Source: Eledone cirrhosa
Lineage: Eukaryota
Assembly: GCA_964016885.1 (NCBI GenBank)
Contig: OZ024740.1
Span: 101,742,001 to 101,806,000 of the forward strand
DNA: 64,000 nt
Direction: 5' to 3'
The notes beneath the pieces are model-generated. The model had not been told where the DNA came from. It ran no database searches and was given only the letters and a program-made list of their open reading frames with translations. A program made the translations under genes and the position numbers. Shown here piece by piece: positions 14,020 through 25,700 of the stretch. Positions within the stretch are counted from its first letter, which is position 1, and every line of letters begins with the position of its first letter.

Positions 14020-14213
14020 TTTAATCCCATTAGTGTTCAAACCGGCCAAAACCGGCCAGAATTCTCTACCTCTTTCTGTTGAAACTGGTCGCTCAAACTG
14101 ATGTTAAGGTATTGTTCTCAAAATAAATACTTTCAAAATCTCATAGATTCGATATTATGTGAGCATGAAAATATAATAGTATATATAAAATAACGTGAAT
14201 GCTAAAGGGTTAA
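14020..14213. mobile_element. piggyBac-like MITE (same family as 62514-62725)
   Basis: Ends GAATGCTAAAGGG-TTAA; internal AGGTATTGTTCT..AAAATCTCATAG.TTCGATATTATGTGAG is shared with the 62514 copy. Confidence 0.65.
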
Positions 14214-15290
14214 GCAACTGACTGCTCACAGACAATAGCATGTGACTTTGTTTTTATTTTTAACAGGTAGAGCAGCAAATTGTATTTGGGGAAAAATGTA
14301 AGACCTGCAAAGTGGTTAAAGTCTTTAGTGCCCTGATCTTTCATAGTAGCTACTCCCACACTTTTGGGGGTGCTTTTGTTTGTTTTATATTGTTATATAT
14401 TTTCAACTGTTTTTCATTTTGTATTAGATTTATCTCTCCCTCTCCTCTATATATATTTCTTTACATTGTCACAGCGAGTCATATAATTTGAACATCATTT
14501 CTTGTGTTGTTTCAATTCTTGTTTAACCCTATGTCAACTCTAATAGAGCATATCAAAGTCTGAAGATATTCCAACAGTGACCATCTCATCTTTTTATTCT
14601 TAGTAATAGTGTACCTCATCTCCAAGTTACATTATCAAATGGAGTTTAAGGAAGAGTTGACTGCTATTGTTAACATGTATAGTAGCCATGTAAATTCTTG
14701 ACTTATGTCGTAATTGATGTCATTTTCTTTATTCCCATTGTTGTTGTGATCCTCCTTATTTTCGTCATCTCTGTCATCTTCCATATTCATAATATTGCTA
14801 TCAGCCTCCTTATTCATATTGTTGTTCTCCTTACATCGTCACCATCTTCTTATTTGGCTTTTTTTGTGTTAGATATGTTGTTGAAAATTAGCTTTAAATT
14901 CAAGAAAAATGTGATAATCTAAAACTAAAATCTTAAATATTCAAAAATGAAAATAAAAAAAAAATAATGGAAAATCCTTTTATGAAATTGTTGTTGCTAT
15001 TTCAAGAGAGAATGTAACTTAGCTGAAAAACTTAAGTAGAACTTTTCAAAATTGATTTTGTTTGTGTCAATGGCTTTATAGGACTTAATGTGAAATTCAA
15101 TATGAAATAACTATCCACTAAAAATCCCTTCTTCAGAAATCTTCAAAAGCTATTAAACGGCATTAGAAATAAACTGGTTTATTCCTTGATATGTATTTGT
15201 GGATTGTATGTACTGCTGCTTAGAGATTCAACACAGAGAGGCAGTGTGCGTGCATATATATACATATATTATATATTTGTGCCTGTATGT

Positions 15291-15630
15291 ATCATCATCA
15301 TTTTACGTCCGCTTTTCCCTGCTTGCAAGGGTGGGGCGGGAATTGATTCTGGCTTCATATTTACAGTTGGATGCCCTTCCTAACACCAACCTCATTTACA
15401 GTGAGTGGTGGATGCTTTTTTTGCCGTGTCACCTCCACGACCACTTTACAGTGGAATGATAGGGACTAGGAAGTGGGGTCCCTATCACCTCATTTCTATA
15501 GCTGAAAAAACTGGAGCAATGTGAAATTAAGTGTCTTGCTCAAAGAAACAACACATTACCTGGTTTGAGAATAGAACTCACAACCTTTTGATTGCAAGGC
15601 CAATCATCTAACCACTAAGCCATGTGCCTG
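15291..15630 (-). mobile_element. SINE family B: tRNA head, CORE-like domain and RTE-derived 3' tail
   Basis: Minus strand: GGCACATGGCTTAGTGG..GAGTTCTATTC head; TTTGAGCAAGACACTTAATTTCAC CORE-like segment; tail GGTTGGTGTTAGGAAGGGCATCC...GGACGTAAAA(TGA)n shared with the RTE 3' UTR. Confidence 0.85.
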
Positions 15631-15634
15631 CCTG

Positions 15635-15726
<92 letters not shown>

Positions 15727-15740
15727 TGTATGTATGTATG

Positions 15741-16234
15741 TTTGGACATCCTGCAGGACTAAAAACAAAACCTGTCAAAGGGCAAAGGAGCTCTTAAGAA
15801 TCAATGGCCATCCAAAATCGCCGGGAGAGATGACCCCTTAGCCTTTATCAAGGCAGAATTCTAGGAGAAGGAAAACTCTGATATAACACCTGCAACCCTG
15901 ATGGTATCCAATGATGTTGACTTGTTCTTCTTTTTGGTAAATATCATGTTGGTTAAGAGAGTGGGACTGGCTTTGTGCAGTGCCTTTGCTCACTATAAAA
16001 GCTTCACGGCACAGGCATTGCTTTATATCTGGAGATCTCTCTGCACTTGTCCTCACATGGTACCATGGGCCCAGCACTATGTGTCAATAATTGTCACAAG
16101 TGTTGTGTTTGTACCAGAGGTTTCAAGTCGCTGGCTGGACTAAAAAGTCACACTCGTTCAGCGCTTCGGTAGGGGTTCTCCTACATGGATATAAAGTAGT
16201 GGCCGTACTCGAAAACGAGTTGGCAGCCACCATG
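15741..16234 (+). mobile_element. Non-coding retroposon with (TATG)n tail, 5'-truncated copy
   Basis: Highly similar to the inverted copy at 45594-46191; both end at GAGTTGGCA.CCACCATG followed by TATG/TG repeats. Confidence 0.8.
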
Positions 16235-16355
16235 TATGTATGTATGTATGTATGTATGTATGTATGTATGTATGTTTTCTCTTTCTCTTAATTTCGAGTA
16301 TATTTTTTTGACCGGCCACCTTCCTGGTGGCAAGGTTGTAAAAGAAAAGAAATTG

Positions 16356-17159
16356 TCATCCCTTGAATCGCAAGAATGTTTTGCATATTTTGAAGGTGCC
16401 AGCTATCGCAGCCATTTGTAGACTATGAATTAGGGAGCTGCGCTTTTTGTCCGCAAATCCAAGTTCGGTCATACTTTGGTCCAAGCGGGTTGGTATATAA
16501 CACGTAGCACCAATAATGATGGGTATGAAGCTAAAGGTGTATCTTGGATACTGGATTTGTAAGCTCCTCATCAATGGTCCGTAGATGTCCTCCTTCTCCT
16601 GTATTTTTCTGACAACGTTTACATCAAGTGGGCAGCTGATCTCCACAACAGAACACGTTTTCAATGTGTGGTCCCAAACTACAATATCAGGCCGGTTGTG
16701 CTTTAATTTGGTGGCAGTTTTTATTTTCAGGTTCCACCAGTATTCCTTAGTGCCATCTGTCTCAATATATTCTTCCTCGTTTGTTGTTAAGTTTGTTTTC
16801 CGAAGTGCGTTCCAGATAGTTCTAGCTATCCCATCGTGTCTCATGGGGAGGTAGTAGCGAGATGACATTCTTTCGCAGCTGGCAACAATGTGGCTTACAT
16901 CCTCGATCTTTGTTTTACATAGCCTACATTTATTGTCAGCTGCTGGCCCTCCTCTTTTGTGCAGCAGATATTTGGTAGGGAGTTCTTGTTCCTGTATTGC
17001 ATAGAGATATCCCTCAAGGTGTGATGTCATAAACTTGTCGGAACTCCATGCCAGGCTTTTTGAGTGGTTTATCCCCTCTATGGTCTGTGTTTTACGCCTC
17101 AAGTATCCATGCACAACTTTCTCTGTAAATTGGTCAATTTTTTTTTCTTGTTTGAACAT
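16356..17159 (-). CDS. CCHC knuckle and restriction-like endonuclease of the R4/Dong element
   Basis: AIQEQ, CRLC..HIVASC, RHD, RPDIVV..EISCP..KEDIY. Confidence 0.88.
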   Translation of the reverse strand: MFKQEKKIDQFTEKVVHGYLRRKTQTIEGINHSKSLAWSSDKFMTSHLEGYLYAIQEQELPTKYLLHKRGGPAADNKCRLCKTKIEDVSHIVASCERMSSRYYLPMRHDGIARTIWNALRKTNLTTNEEEYIETDGTKEYWWNLKIKTATKLKHNRPDIVVWDHTLKTCSVVEISCPLDVNVVRKIQEKEDIYGPLMRSLQIQYPRYTFSFIPIIIGATCYIPTRLDQSMTELGFADKKRSSLIHSLQMAAIAGTFKICKTFLRFKG

Positions 17160-17362
17160 TGAATAGGATCTTCCGATTTCTCTGGGTGAGAGATTTATAT
17201 CAGGCTTTATTCCATATCTCTCCTCCAGATCAGTCGCTATTCTAATGATATTTCTTTTTTCATGCTCATAAACCTGAGCAAGATGGTCGCCAACCTTTTT
17301 CCTCTGTTGAAGGTGTTGCTTCAGTGTTACTATCCGGGTCTCATATGTTGTTAATATTGATT

Positions 17363-18937
17363 TTAGACCCGGCCACCTTCCTTGCGTGAGAAGTATAGCC
17401 TATCCACATCACCATTGATGTTAAAGTTCCCAGTAACACTGAGAAGTTTTCGAGTTCTAACATCCATCTCACTTAGTTCTTGCAATGACCAGTTCAGTAG
17501 GCCAAATGTTGGCGTTAGAATTGGCACAGCATAGGTATTGTGGGCAATGTATTTGTTGTATGCTGACAGTTCTGATGACCATATTTTTTTTACTCTTCTG
17601 AGGTATTCAGTTCTGGTTCTCTCCTTATTTATGGGTCCATCATATCTGACATTCTCATCCTGTCCAAGATATCTGTAGTTGTCACCTGACTGCAGAGGTT
17701 GTATTGTCAGGCCGTTCATCTCTAGATTTCTAGAGGAGGGCACAGCTCTTCCACGTTTTACTGCCAAATATGCACACTTGGACTCACCAAATTTCATTTT
17801 GATGTCGGTTGAAAATTGTGTAATGAGGTTCAATTGTTTCTTGATGTCATTGATATTTGGCCCATACAACTTCAGGTCATCAACAAAGAAAAGATGGGAG
17901 ATACTTCTGGGCCCACTTCTTTGTCCACCTTGTTTCCTGAGTAGGTAAGATAGTGGATTCAGTGAGAGAACGAAGAGTAGTACTGACAAGCTATCACCCT
18001 GAAAGATGCCCTTCTGGTAATGTATCCTATCAGTCTTAACCTGCTCCTTCTCACCTCTAAGGATCAAATTGGTGTACCAGTTCTTGGTCAGGCGTTCAAC
18101 AGCAGCTACTAATGGTTGTGGGACTTTAGCTAACTGTAAAGCCTTAATAATCCACCCATGAGGTACACTATCAAATGCTTTTTGATAGTCCAGCCACACG
18201 ACAGTCATGTTTCTGCGATTCTTTGTTGTTTTTTCCTGAATCATTTTGTTAGTTAGTAGGTGATCTATGCAACCCCACACCTCCCTCTTTCCACCAGCTT
18301 GCTCAGGTGTTATGATGTTGTTGGTAGCACAGTGATCCTGTAAGAACAGGTTAAGGCACCCAGTATATAATTTATATATGATGTTTTGGCAGGCAATTGG
18401 GCGGTAATTTTTAGCAAGGGTGGTTTGGCTATTTTGGGGAATGAGGAGAGTAGTGGCAGTTGATAACCATCTGGGCAGTTCTTGTGTGCCCTTAATGGTT
18501 TCTGTAAACAGCCGTATGAGATCTTGCCGATAGAAAGTGAAATTCTTCAACCAGTATCCTGTAATGAGGTCTGGGCCTGGCGATTTCCTATTCGACATTT
18601 TCTGTAGAGCTGTTTCCAGTATTGACCCATCTATGTCATATTGTTTTGTCTGGACATGTTGGCAGTAGTCCTGTTCCAGTTGTTTTAGCCAATTAGCTTG
18701 TCTGTTGAATCCGTCATCCGTTTCCCATACAGATCTCCAGTAGTTCTCAACCTGTTCTTTTGAAGGGGTGTCGTTTACAGGGATTGAGCTTTTGCCACCG
18801 AAGCTGCGATAAACTGATTTAGGATCTCTGGCAAACAATCTATTTAGCACTTGTCGTTTATGGGCTGTTGACTTATATTTTAGTGTTTCTGTTGTAGCTG
18901 TGAGTTGTTGTTTCAACTGGTGTAATTTGGAGTTCAA
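17363..18937 (-). CDS. Reverse transcriptase of the R4/Dong element (partial)
   Basis: KSPGPD, NYRPIAC, LDYQKAFDSV, GIFQGDSLS, FVDDLK, YRYLG. Confidence 0.9.
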   Translation of the reverse strand: MNSKLHQLKQQLTATTETLKYKSTAHKRQVLNRLFARDPKSVYRSFGGKSSIPVNDTPSKEQVENYWRSVWETDDGFNRQANWLKQLEQDYCQHVQTKQYDIDGSILETALQKMSNRKSPGPDLITGYWLKNFTFYRQDLIRLFTETIKGTQELPRWLSTATTLLIPQNSQTTLAKNYRPIACQNIIYKLYTGCLNLFLQDHCATNNIITPEQAGGKREVWGCIDHLLTNKMIQEKTTKNRRNMTVVWLDYQKAFDSVPHGWIIKALQLAKVPQPLVAAVERLTKNWYTNLILRGEKEQVKTDRIHYQKGIFQGDSLSVLLFVLSLNPLSYLLRKQGGQRSGPRSISHLFFVDDLKLYGPNINDIKKQLNLITQFSTDIKMKFGESKCAYLAVKRGRAVPSSRNLEMNGLTIQPLQSGDNYRYLGQDENVRYDGPINKERTRTEYLRRVKKIWSSELSAYNKYIAHNTYAVPILTPTFGLLNWSLQELSEMDVRTRKLLSVTGNFNINGDVDRLYFSRKEGGRV

Positions 18938-19018
18938 AGTTTTAAATTTGGTATCTCCAAATCGTCTCTCTAACTTTTTCTTTAGGTCTTCCTGTATGTA
19001 TGTATGTATGTATGTATG

Positions 19019-19052
<34 letters not shown>

Positions 19053-19074
19053 TGTATGTATGTATGTATGTATG

Positions 19075-19105
<31 letters not shown>

Positions 19106-19107
19106 CT

Positions 19108-19200
19108 ATACGAGCAGGACAACAAATCTTGCCTCAAGTGGGAAACCTCCCGTCCAAATCCATGCAAGCATGGAAGATGGACGTTAAACGATGATGATGA
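19108..19200 (+). mobile_element. RTE 3'-terminal fragment
   Basis: CTTGCCTCAAGTGGG..CCATGCAAGCATGG..GGACGTTAAAC(GAT)n. Confidence 0.8.
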
Positions 19201-19259
19201 TATATACACATATATATATATACATATATATATATATACATATATATATACATATATAC

Positions 19260-19340
<81 letters not shown>

Positions 19341-19345
19341 TATAC

Positions 19346-19420
<75 letters not shown>

Positions 19421-20456
19421 CATCATCATCATCATCATCACCGTTTTACGTCCGTTCTTCCACGCTAGCATGGGTTAGACGGGTTGTCCTGTTGTGGGCA
19501 GTGTCTGGTCGGCTGACCATGCCTTGCTCATACAGGAACTGATCTGGCTTGATTTCTACAGCTGGATGCCCTTCCTAACACCAACCTCATTTACAGCGAG
19601 TGCTGGGTGCTTTTTAGTGGCGCCTACACGTCCACTTTACAGTGTGGGCTAGGTGCTTTTTTGCCGTGGCACCTCCACGACCACCTTGCGGTGGGGGGAG
19701 TGGGGGCATATTGTTTATATGCTTCAGCATGTACCCATGGGAGGTCGGGTACCCTGTATTACTGCGTGACGCCAGAAGTCACGGTCATGTGTCATTGTCT
19801 TTGAGAGGTGTAGTTGGGTAAGGTCGGCTTTTATCACCTCATTCCAAGTCATCTTGGGTCTCCCCACTCCGCGGTTTCCATCAACTTCTAGTGCTCTGCA
19901 CCTTTTTATGCAGCTGTCATCCTTCATACGCATCACATGTCCATACCAGCGTAACCGCCTCTCCTGCATGCAGCATTTGATTCCTCTTATGCTCAGTCTC
20001 TCTCTCAATTCCTTTATGCTTTGTCGTTCACGTATATTACTGTTACACATCCATCGGAGCATGCAGGCTTCGTTTCTCTCTAATCTACGTAAGTCTTCCA
20101 CCTTCAGCGCCCAGGTCTCACTACCATGCAACATCGCTGTTCAGATACACGCATCATACAGTCTGCCTTTCATTCTGAGGGAGAAGCCTTTTGCAGCTAG
20201 CAGTGGTAGTAGTTCCCTAAACTTCTTCCATCCCGTTCTTACCCTAGTTATTGTACTTTCTGAGCACCCACCTCCGTTGCTAATTCGGTCACCTAGGTAG
20301 CAGAAGCTGTCTACTGTTTCTACAGGACCCTCCCAGAGATTGGTGGTACTTGTTTCCTGTGGCTGTTTGCTTGCTGTTTCAGCACAGCTGCTGCATGTGA
20401 ATCCTACATTCTTAATTAAGCTTCCTGAGATCCCGCTACATCTCTTGTGTGCCCAT
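19421..20456 (-). mobile_element. RTE LINE (divergent subfamily), 5'-truncated within the PHD finger
   Basis: WAHKRCSG..FTCSSC, FCYLGD, MLHGSETW, RRLRWYGHVMR; one in-frame stop; (GAT)n tail; TA flanks. Confidence 0.9.
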
Positions 20457-20711
20457 ATATATACATATATATATATATACATATATATACATATATATAT
20501 ATATAGTATTAAGGGTACTATTTATGGTTATGTATGCAATAAAACCTTTAATGGTAATATATTATATATACAAACCCTAAATAGTGAAAGATAGTCATTA
20601 ATTACTATTCTATTACCAGTAAGATAAATAGCTCAATGTAATAACATCAGTTGTTTTAAAGAGCAGTTATATAGAGATTAAAATAATCAAAGTTCAGTTT
20701 AAGTCATTTAT

Positions 20712-20760
20712 TTGCTTACAATTGTTTCCTCCAAACCGAGGTTTGGATTCTTCGGAGCAA
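20712..20760 (-). ncRNA. Type I hammerhead ribozyme, U4C core variant
   Basis: Minus strand: TTGCT-CCGAAGA-A TCCAAACC TC GGTTTGGA G-GAA-ACAATTGT-A-AGCAA; stems I, II and palindromic III all pair. Confidence 0.7.
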
Positions 20761-21120
20761 CTATTTACTGATCTATAACATACTTGACCTCCTTTTCAAC
20801 CCAAGAGACACATAAAACATATGCGCATATTGATCAACAGTGGGGTGACATTCATCAAATGATATAGCATGGCAATTTACATATAATGGTTACAGGATAA
20901 AAATAAAATAAAAACAAGAATGAAAATAAAGATAAACATGAAGCGTTGGTAGTCTATGAAGATAAAGCAAGAGGAAAGTTTAGAGTAGTCAGTGTATGAA
21001 ACAATCTCATGTGTAGCATGCACGCGTGTCTTATTAATACATGATTAGAGTATATGTATATACATATATATGAGTAGAGTATATGTATATACATATATAT
21101 ATACATATATATATACATAT

Positions 21121-22685
21121 ATCATCATCATCATCATCATCATCAACGTTTAACGTCCGTGTTCCACGCTTGCATGGGTTTGGACGGGGGTAGTCCCACT
21201 TGAGGCAAGAGTGATTGTCTTGCTCGCATAGGACTGTCTGGCAGGTTTTCTACAGTTGGATGCCCTTCCTAACACCAACCACATTTACAGTGTGGGTCTG
21301 GAAGGTTTTTACCGTGTTGCCTACACGGCCACATTACAGCGTGGACTGTGTGTTTTTTTGTCGTGACACCTACATGATCTCATTTGTTTCGGCCTGGATG
21401 GTGTGGCACCAACATAACTTTACATAGAACGGGGTGGTGTGGATGGGGTGGGGGGGGGGTATTTTGTTAGAGATGCCTACTGGCTGTAGTAGGTTTTACT
21501 ATGTATTTAGGTAAGGCGGGTCTTCTCTGTTACTGAGTACCGCCAAAGGTCTCGGTCCAGTGACATTGTCTTGGAGAGGTGTAAGTGTATGAGGTCGGAG
21601 TTTATCAGCTCGTCCCAGGTTTTTCTAGGTCTGCCTATTCCGTGGCTACCGTCTATCTTTATTGCCCTGCACTTTGTTATACAGCTATCGACTTTCATGC
21701 GCATCACGTGTCCATACCAACGTAGCCTTCTCTCGAGTAAACAACATCTGATCCCTCTTATTTCTAATTTTTTCCTTAGTTCTTTTATGCTTTGCCTTTC
21801 ACGTATATTACTGTTACACATCCAGCGGAGCATGCAAGCTTCGTTCCTCTCTAGTCTGCGTATATCCTCTGCACACAATGCCCAGGTCTCACTGCCATGC
21901 AACATTGCTGTTTGTATGCAGGCATCGTACAACCTGCCTTTCATTTTTAGGGAGAACCCTTTAGCAGCTAATAGTGGTATAAGCTCTCTGAACTTTTTCC
22001 AACCAGTTCTGACTCTAACTACTGTACTTTCAGAGCACCCTCCCCCACTGCTGATTTTATCACCCAGGTAACGGAAACTGTCCACTATTTCTATAGAACC
22101 CTCTGCGCAATTGAAAGAGCTACTATTTTGTGGGCACTTGCTGCTACTTATTGCACCAGAGCACCGGCCACATGTAAAATCTATGTTCTTAGTTAGCTTA
22201 CCTGTGATCCCACTACATCTTTTATGCACCCATACTTTGCATTTAGGACATAAAATGGAGTTTCTACCTACGCCTTTCCTACACACCGAGCACGACCATT
22301 TCCCAGAAGGGACCGCCGCCTTATTTTCTTTCCTACAAACTAGAACTTTAGTCTTAGCCAGGTTAATTTTAAGGCCTTTTGATTCTAGGCCGTGCTTCCA
22401 TGTTTGGAATTTCTTCTCTAGCTCGGCCATTGATTCCGCTATGAGTGTCAGGTCGTCTGCGTATAGGAGTTCCCATGGGCAGCCGGTCTTGAACTCCTCT
22501 GTTATAGCCTGAAGGGCAATAATAAATAGTAGGGGGCTGAGAACAGAGCCCTGATCGACGCCAACTTTTACGCTAAACTCTTCACTATATTCGTTGTTAA
22601 TTCTAACCTTGCTGACTGTTTCTTTATACATGGCTTGTATAGCTCTCACAAGCCATTCGTCAACGCCTAGTTTTCTAAGAGCCCA

Positions 22686-22689
<4 letters not shown>
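21121..22689 (-). mobile_element. RTE LINE, 5'-truncated near-identical copy of the adjacent full-length element
   Basis: ORF 21507-22649 differs from the C-terminus of the 23151-26429 ORF at only a few residues; 3' UTR and (GAT)n tail present; TA flanks. Confidence 0.95.
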
Positions 22690-22750
<61 letters not shown>

Positions 22751-22759
22751 AATATATAC

Positions 22760-22792
<33 letters not shown>

Positions 22793-22795
22793 CAT

Positions 22796-25700
22796 ATCAT
22801 CATCATCATCATCATCAACGTTTAACGTCCGTGTTCCACGCTTGCATGGGTCTGGACGGGGGTAGTCCCACTTGAGGCAAGAGTGATTGTCTTGCTCGCA
22901 TAGGACTGTCTGGCAGGTTTTCTACAGTTGGATGCCCTTCCTAACACCAACCACATTTACAGTGTGGGTCTGGGAGGTTTTTACCGTGTTGCCTACACGG
23001 CCACATTACAGCGTGGACTGTGTGTTTTTTTGTCGTGACACCTACACGATCTCATTTGTTTCGGCCTGGATGGCGCGGCACCAACATAACTTTACATAGA
23101 ACGGGGTGGTGTGGATGGGGTGGGGGTGGCGGCGGGAGGGGTGTATTTTGTTAGAGATGCCTACTGGCAAGGCGGGTCTTCTCTGTTACTGAGTACCGCC
23201 AAAGGTCACGGTCCAGTGACATTGTCTTGGAAAGGTGTAAGTGTGTGAGGTCGGAGTTTATCAGCTCATCCCATGTTTTTCTAGGTCTGCCTATTCCGTG
23301 GCTACCGTCTATCTTTATTGCCCTGCACTTTGTAATACAGCTATCGACTTTCATGCGCATCACGTGTCCATACCAACGCAGCCTTCTCTCGAGTAAACAA
23401 CATCTGATCCCTCTTATCTCTAATTTTTTCCTTAGTTCGTTTATGCTTTGCCGTTCACGTATATTACTGTTACACATCCAGCGGAGCATGCAAGCTTCGT
23501 TCCTCTCTAGTCTGCGTATATCCTCTGCACACAATGCCCAGGTCTCACTACCATGCAACATTGCTGTTCGTATGCAGGCATCGTACAACCTGCCTTTCAT
23601 TTTTAGGGAGAACCCTTTAGCAGCTAATAGTGGTATAAGCTCTCTGAACTTTTTCCAACCAGTTCTGACTCTAGCTACAGTACTTTCAGAGCACCCTCCC
23701 CCACTGCTGATTTTATCGCCCAGGTAACGGAAGCTGTCCACTATTTCTATAGAACCCTCTGCGCAATTGAAAGAGCTAGTATTTTGTGGGCACTTGCTGC
23801 TACTTATTGCACCAGAACACCGGCCACATGTAAAGTCTATGTTCTTAGTTAGCTTACCTGTGATCCCACTACATCTTTTATGCACCCATACTTTGCATTT
23901 AGGACATAAGATGGAGTTTCTACCTACGCCTTTCCTACATACCGAGCACGACCATTTCCCAGAAGGGACCGCCGCCTTGTTTTCTTTCCTACAAACTAGA
24001 ACTTTGGTCTTAGCCAGGTTAATTTTAAGTCCTTTTGACTCTAGGCCGTGCTTCCATGTTTGGAATTTCTTCTCTAGCTCGGCCATTGATTCCGCTATGA
24101 GTGTCAGGTCGTCTGCGTATAGGAGTTCCCATGGGCAGCCTGTCTTGAACTCCTCTGTTATAGCCTGAAGGGCAATAATAAATAGTAGGGGGCTGAGAAC
24201 AGAGCCCTGATGGACGCCAACTTTTACGCTAAACTCTTCACTATATTCGTTGTTAATTCTAACCTTGCTGACTGTTTCTTTATACATGGCTTGTATAGCC
24301 CTCACAAGCCATTCGTCAACGCCTAGTTTTCTAAGAGCCCACCAGATAATGGAGCGGGGGACTCTGTCGAAGGCTTTCTCCAGGTCGACAAAAGCTAAGT
24401 AGAGGGGTTTACCTTTAGCTAGGTACTTCTCCTGTAGTTGTCGTACTATGAAAAGAGCGTCTGTGGTGCTTTTGCCTGACACAAACCCGAACTGCATTTC
24501 ATCTAGATCAATTCTCTCTCTGATTAGTTGCGCTATTACTTTTTCCGTGACCTTCATGACCTGGTCGATTAATTTAATGCCTCTATAGTTACTCCTATCT
24601 AGGGCGTCTCCTTTACCCTTATAACAGTTAACGATGATGCTGCTATGCCAGTCCTTCGGAACAACCCCATTCTGTACGACTTGGTTAACTATGCGGGTGA
24701 CCATGGTGTGTCCCACCGTGCCAGATGCCTTCAGCATCTCAGCAACTATTTCCGAAGGCCCAGCCGCCTTACCAGTCTTCATATCCTTGATTGCCTTACT
24801 TATTATACTCCCCTCGACTAACACTGCTGGTCCCTCTATCGGGTCGATAAGGGGGAGACTGTCTTTCTCCCATTTATTTTCCTCATTTAGTAGCCTTTCA
24901 TAGTGACACTTCCAAGCTACCTTCTTATCAGTGTCGGTGATGGCAAGTATGCCATCATCGTTAAGTACACACTTCTCCCCGACAATATCACGGTTTTCCT
25001 TGACGCATTGCCTGGCAATCCTGAACACCTCACGTTTTTGGTCATCGCGTTGTAGAACATGCTTGAACTTTCTTTCCTCAGCTTCCCTTCTTGCTAAGTA
25101 CACTTCTCTCCTAGCTTCCCTCCTGGCCACTTGATAGTCTACTCTACTTCCCCCATCCCGCCATACTTTCCAAGCCTGCTTTTTGGCCTTAATTGACCCC
25201 TCCACCCTATTGTTCCACCACCATGTTACTCTCCTCCTGCCTACAGGCCTGCTCCAGCCACAGACTTCGTCTGTCGCCAACAGCAGGTTTGCTTTCAGAA
25301 ATTTCCACTGTCCCTCTATATTGTCCGATTCTAGATGCTCTTCCTTACTGTCGAAAGCATCAAGTAATATGCTTTGAAATTTATTTCTGGCTGTGGGGTC
25401 CTTTAGTTTCCATATTTTCCTCCTGAGGATAGTCCTCTTCTGCTGTCGGGTGCGTCTCGTCCTGACTATGAGGTCGCTAATTATCAGTCTATGTTGGGAG
25501 GTGCATTCTTCATGGGGGAGGGATTTAGTGTTTACAACAGACACTCTGTCACGTCTTCTGGTAAGGATATAATCTACCTGGCTTGTGTGTTCCCCGGATC
25601 TATAGGTAATCAGGTGATTGTCACGTTTTTTGAAGTTAGTGTTACAGATAGTTAGGTTATTTGCATCACAGTATTCCAGAATTCTGGAGCCTTCCTCATT

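Larger units (their letters stand above)
16265..18992 (-). mobile_element. R4/Dong-clade non-LTR retrotransposon, 5'-truncated, within (ATAC)n
   Basis: RT followed by zinc knuckle and REL endonuclease; one frameshift at about 17365; (TATG)n on both flanks. Confidence 0.9.

Noticed and set aside
19000-19478. Many long YI/IY/CV/TH-rich ORFs (also at 11054, 27177-27953, 30302, 61837-62364)
   Set aside because: Translations of (TA)n/(TG)n/(TATG)n microsatellites that lack stop codons
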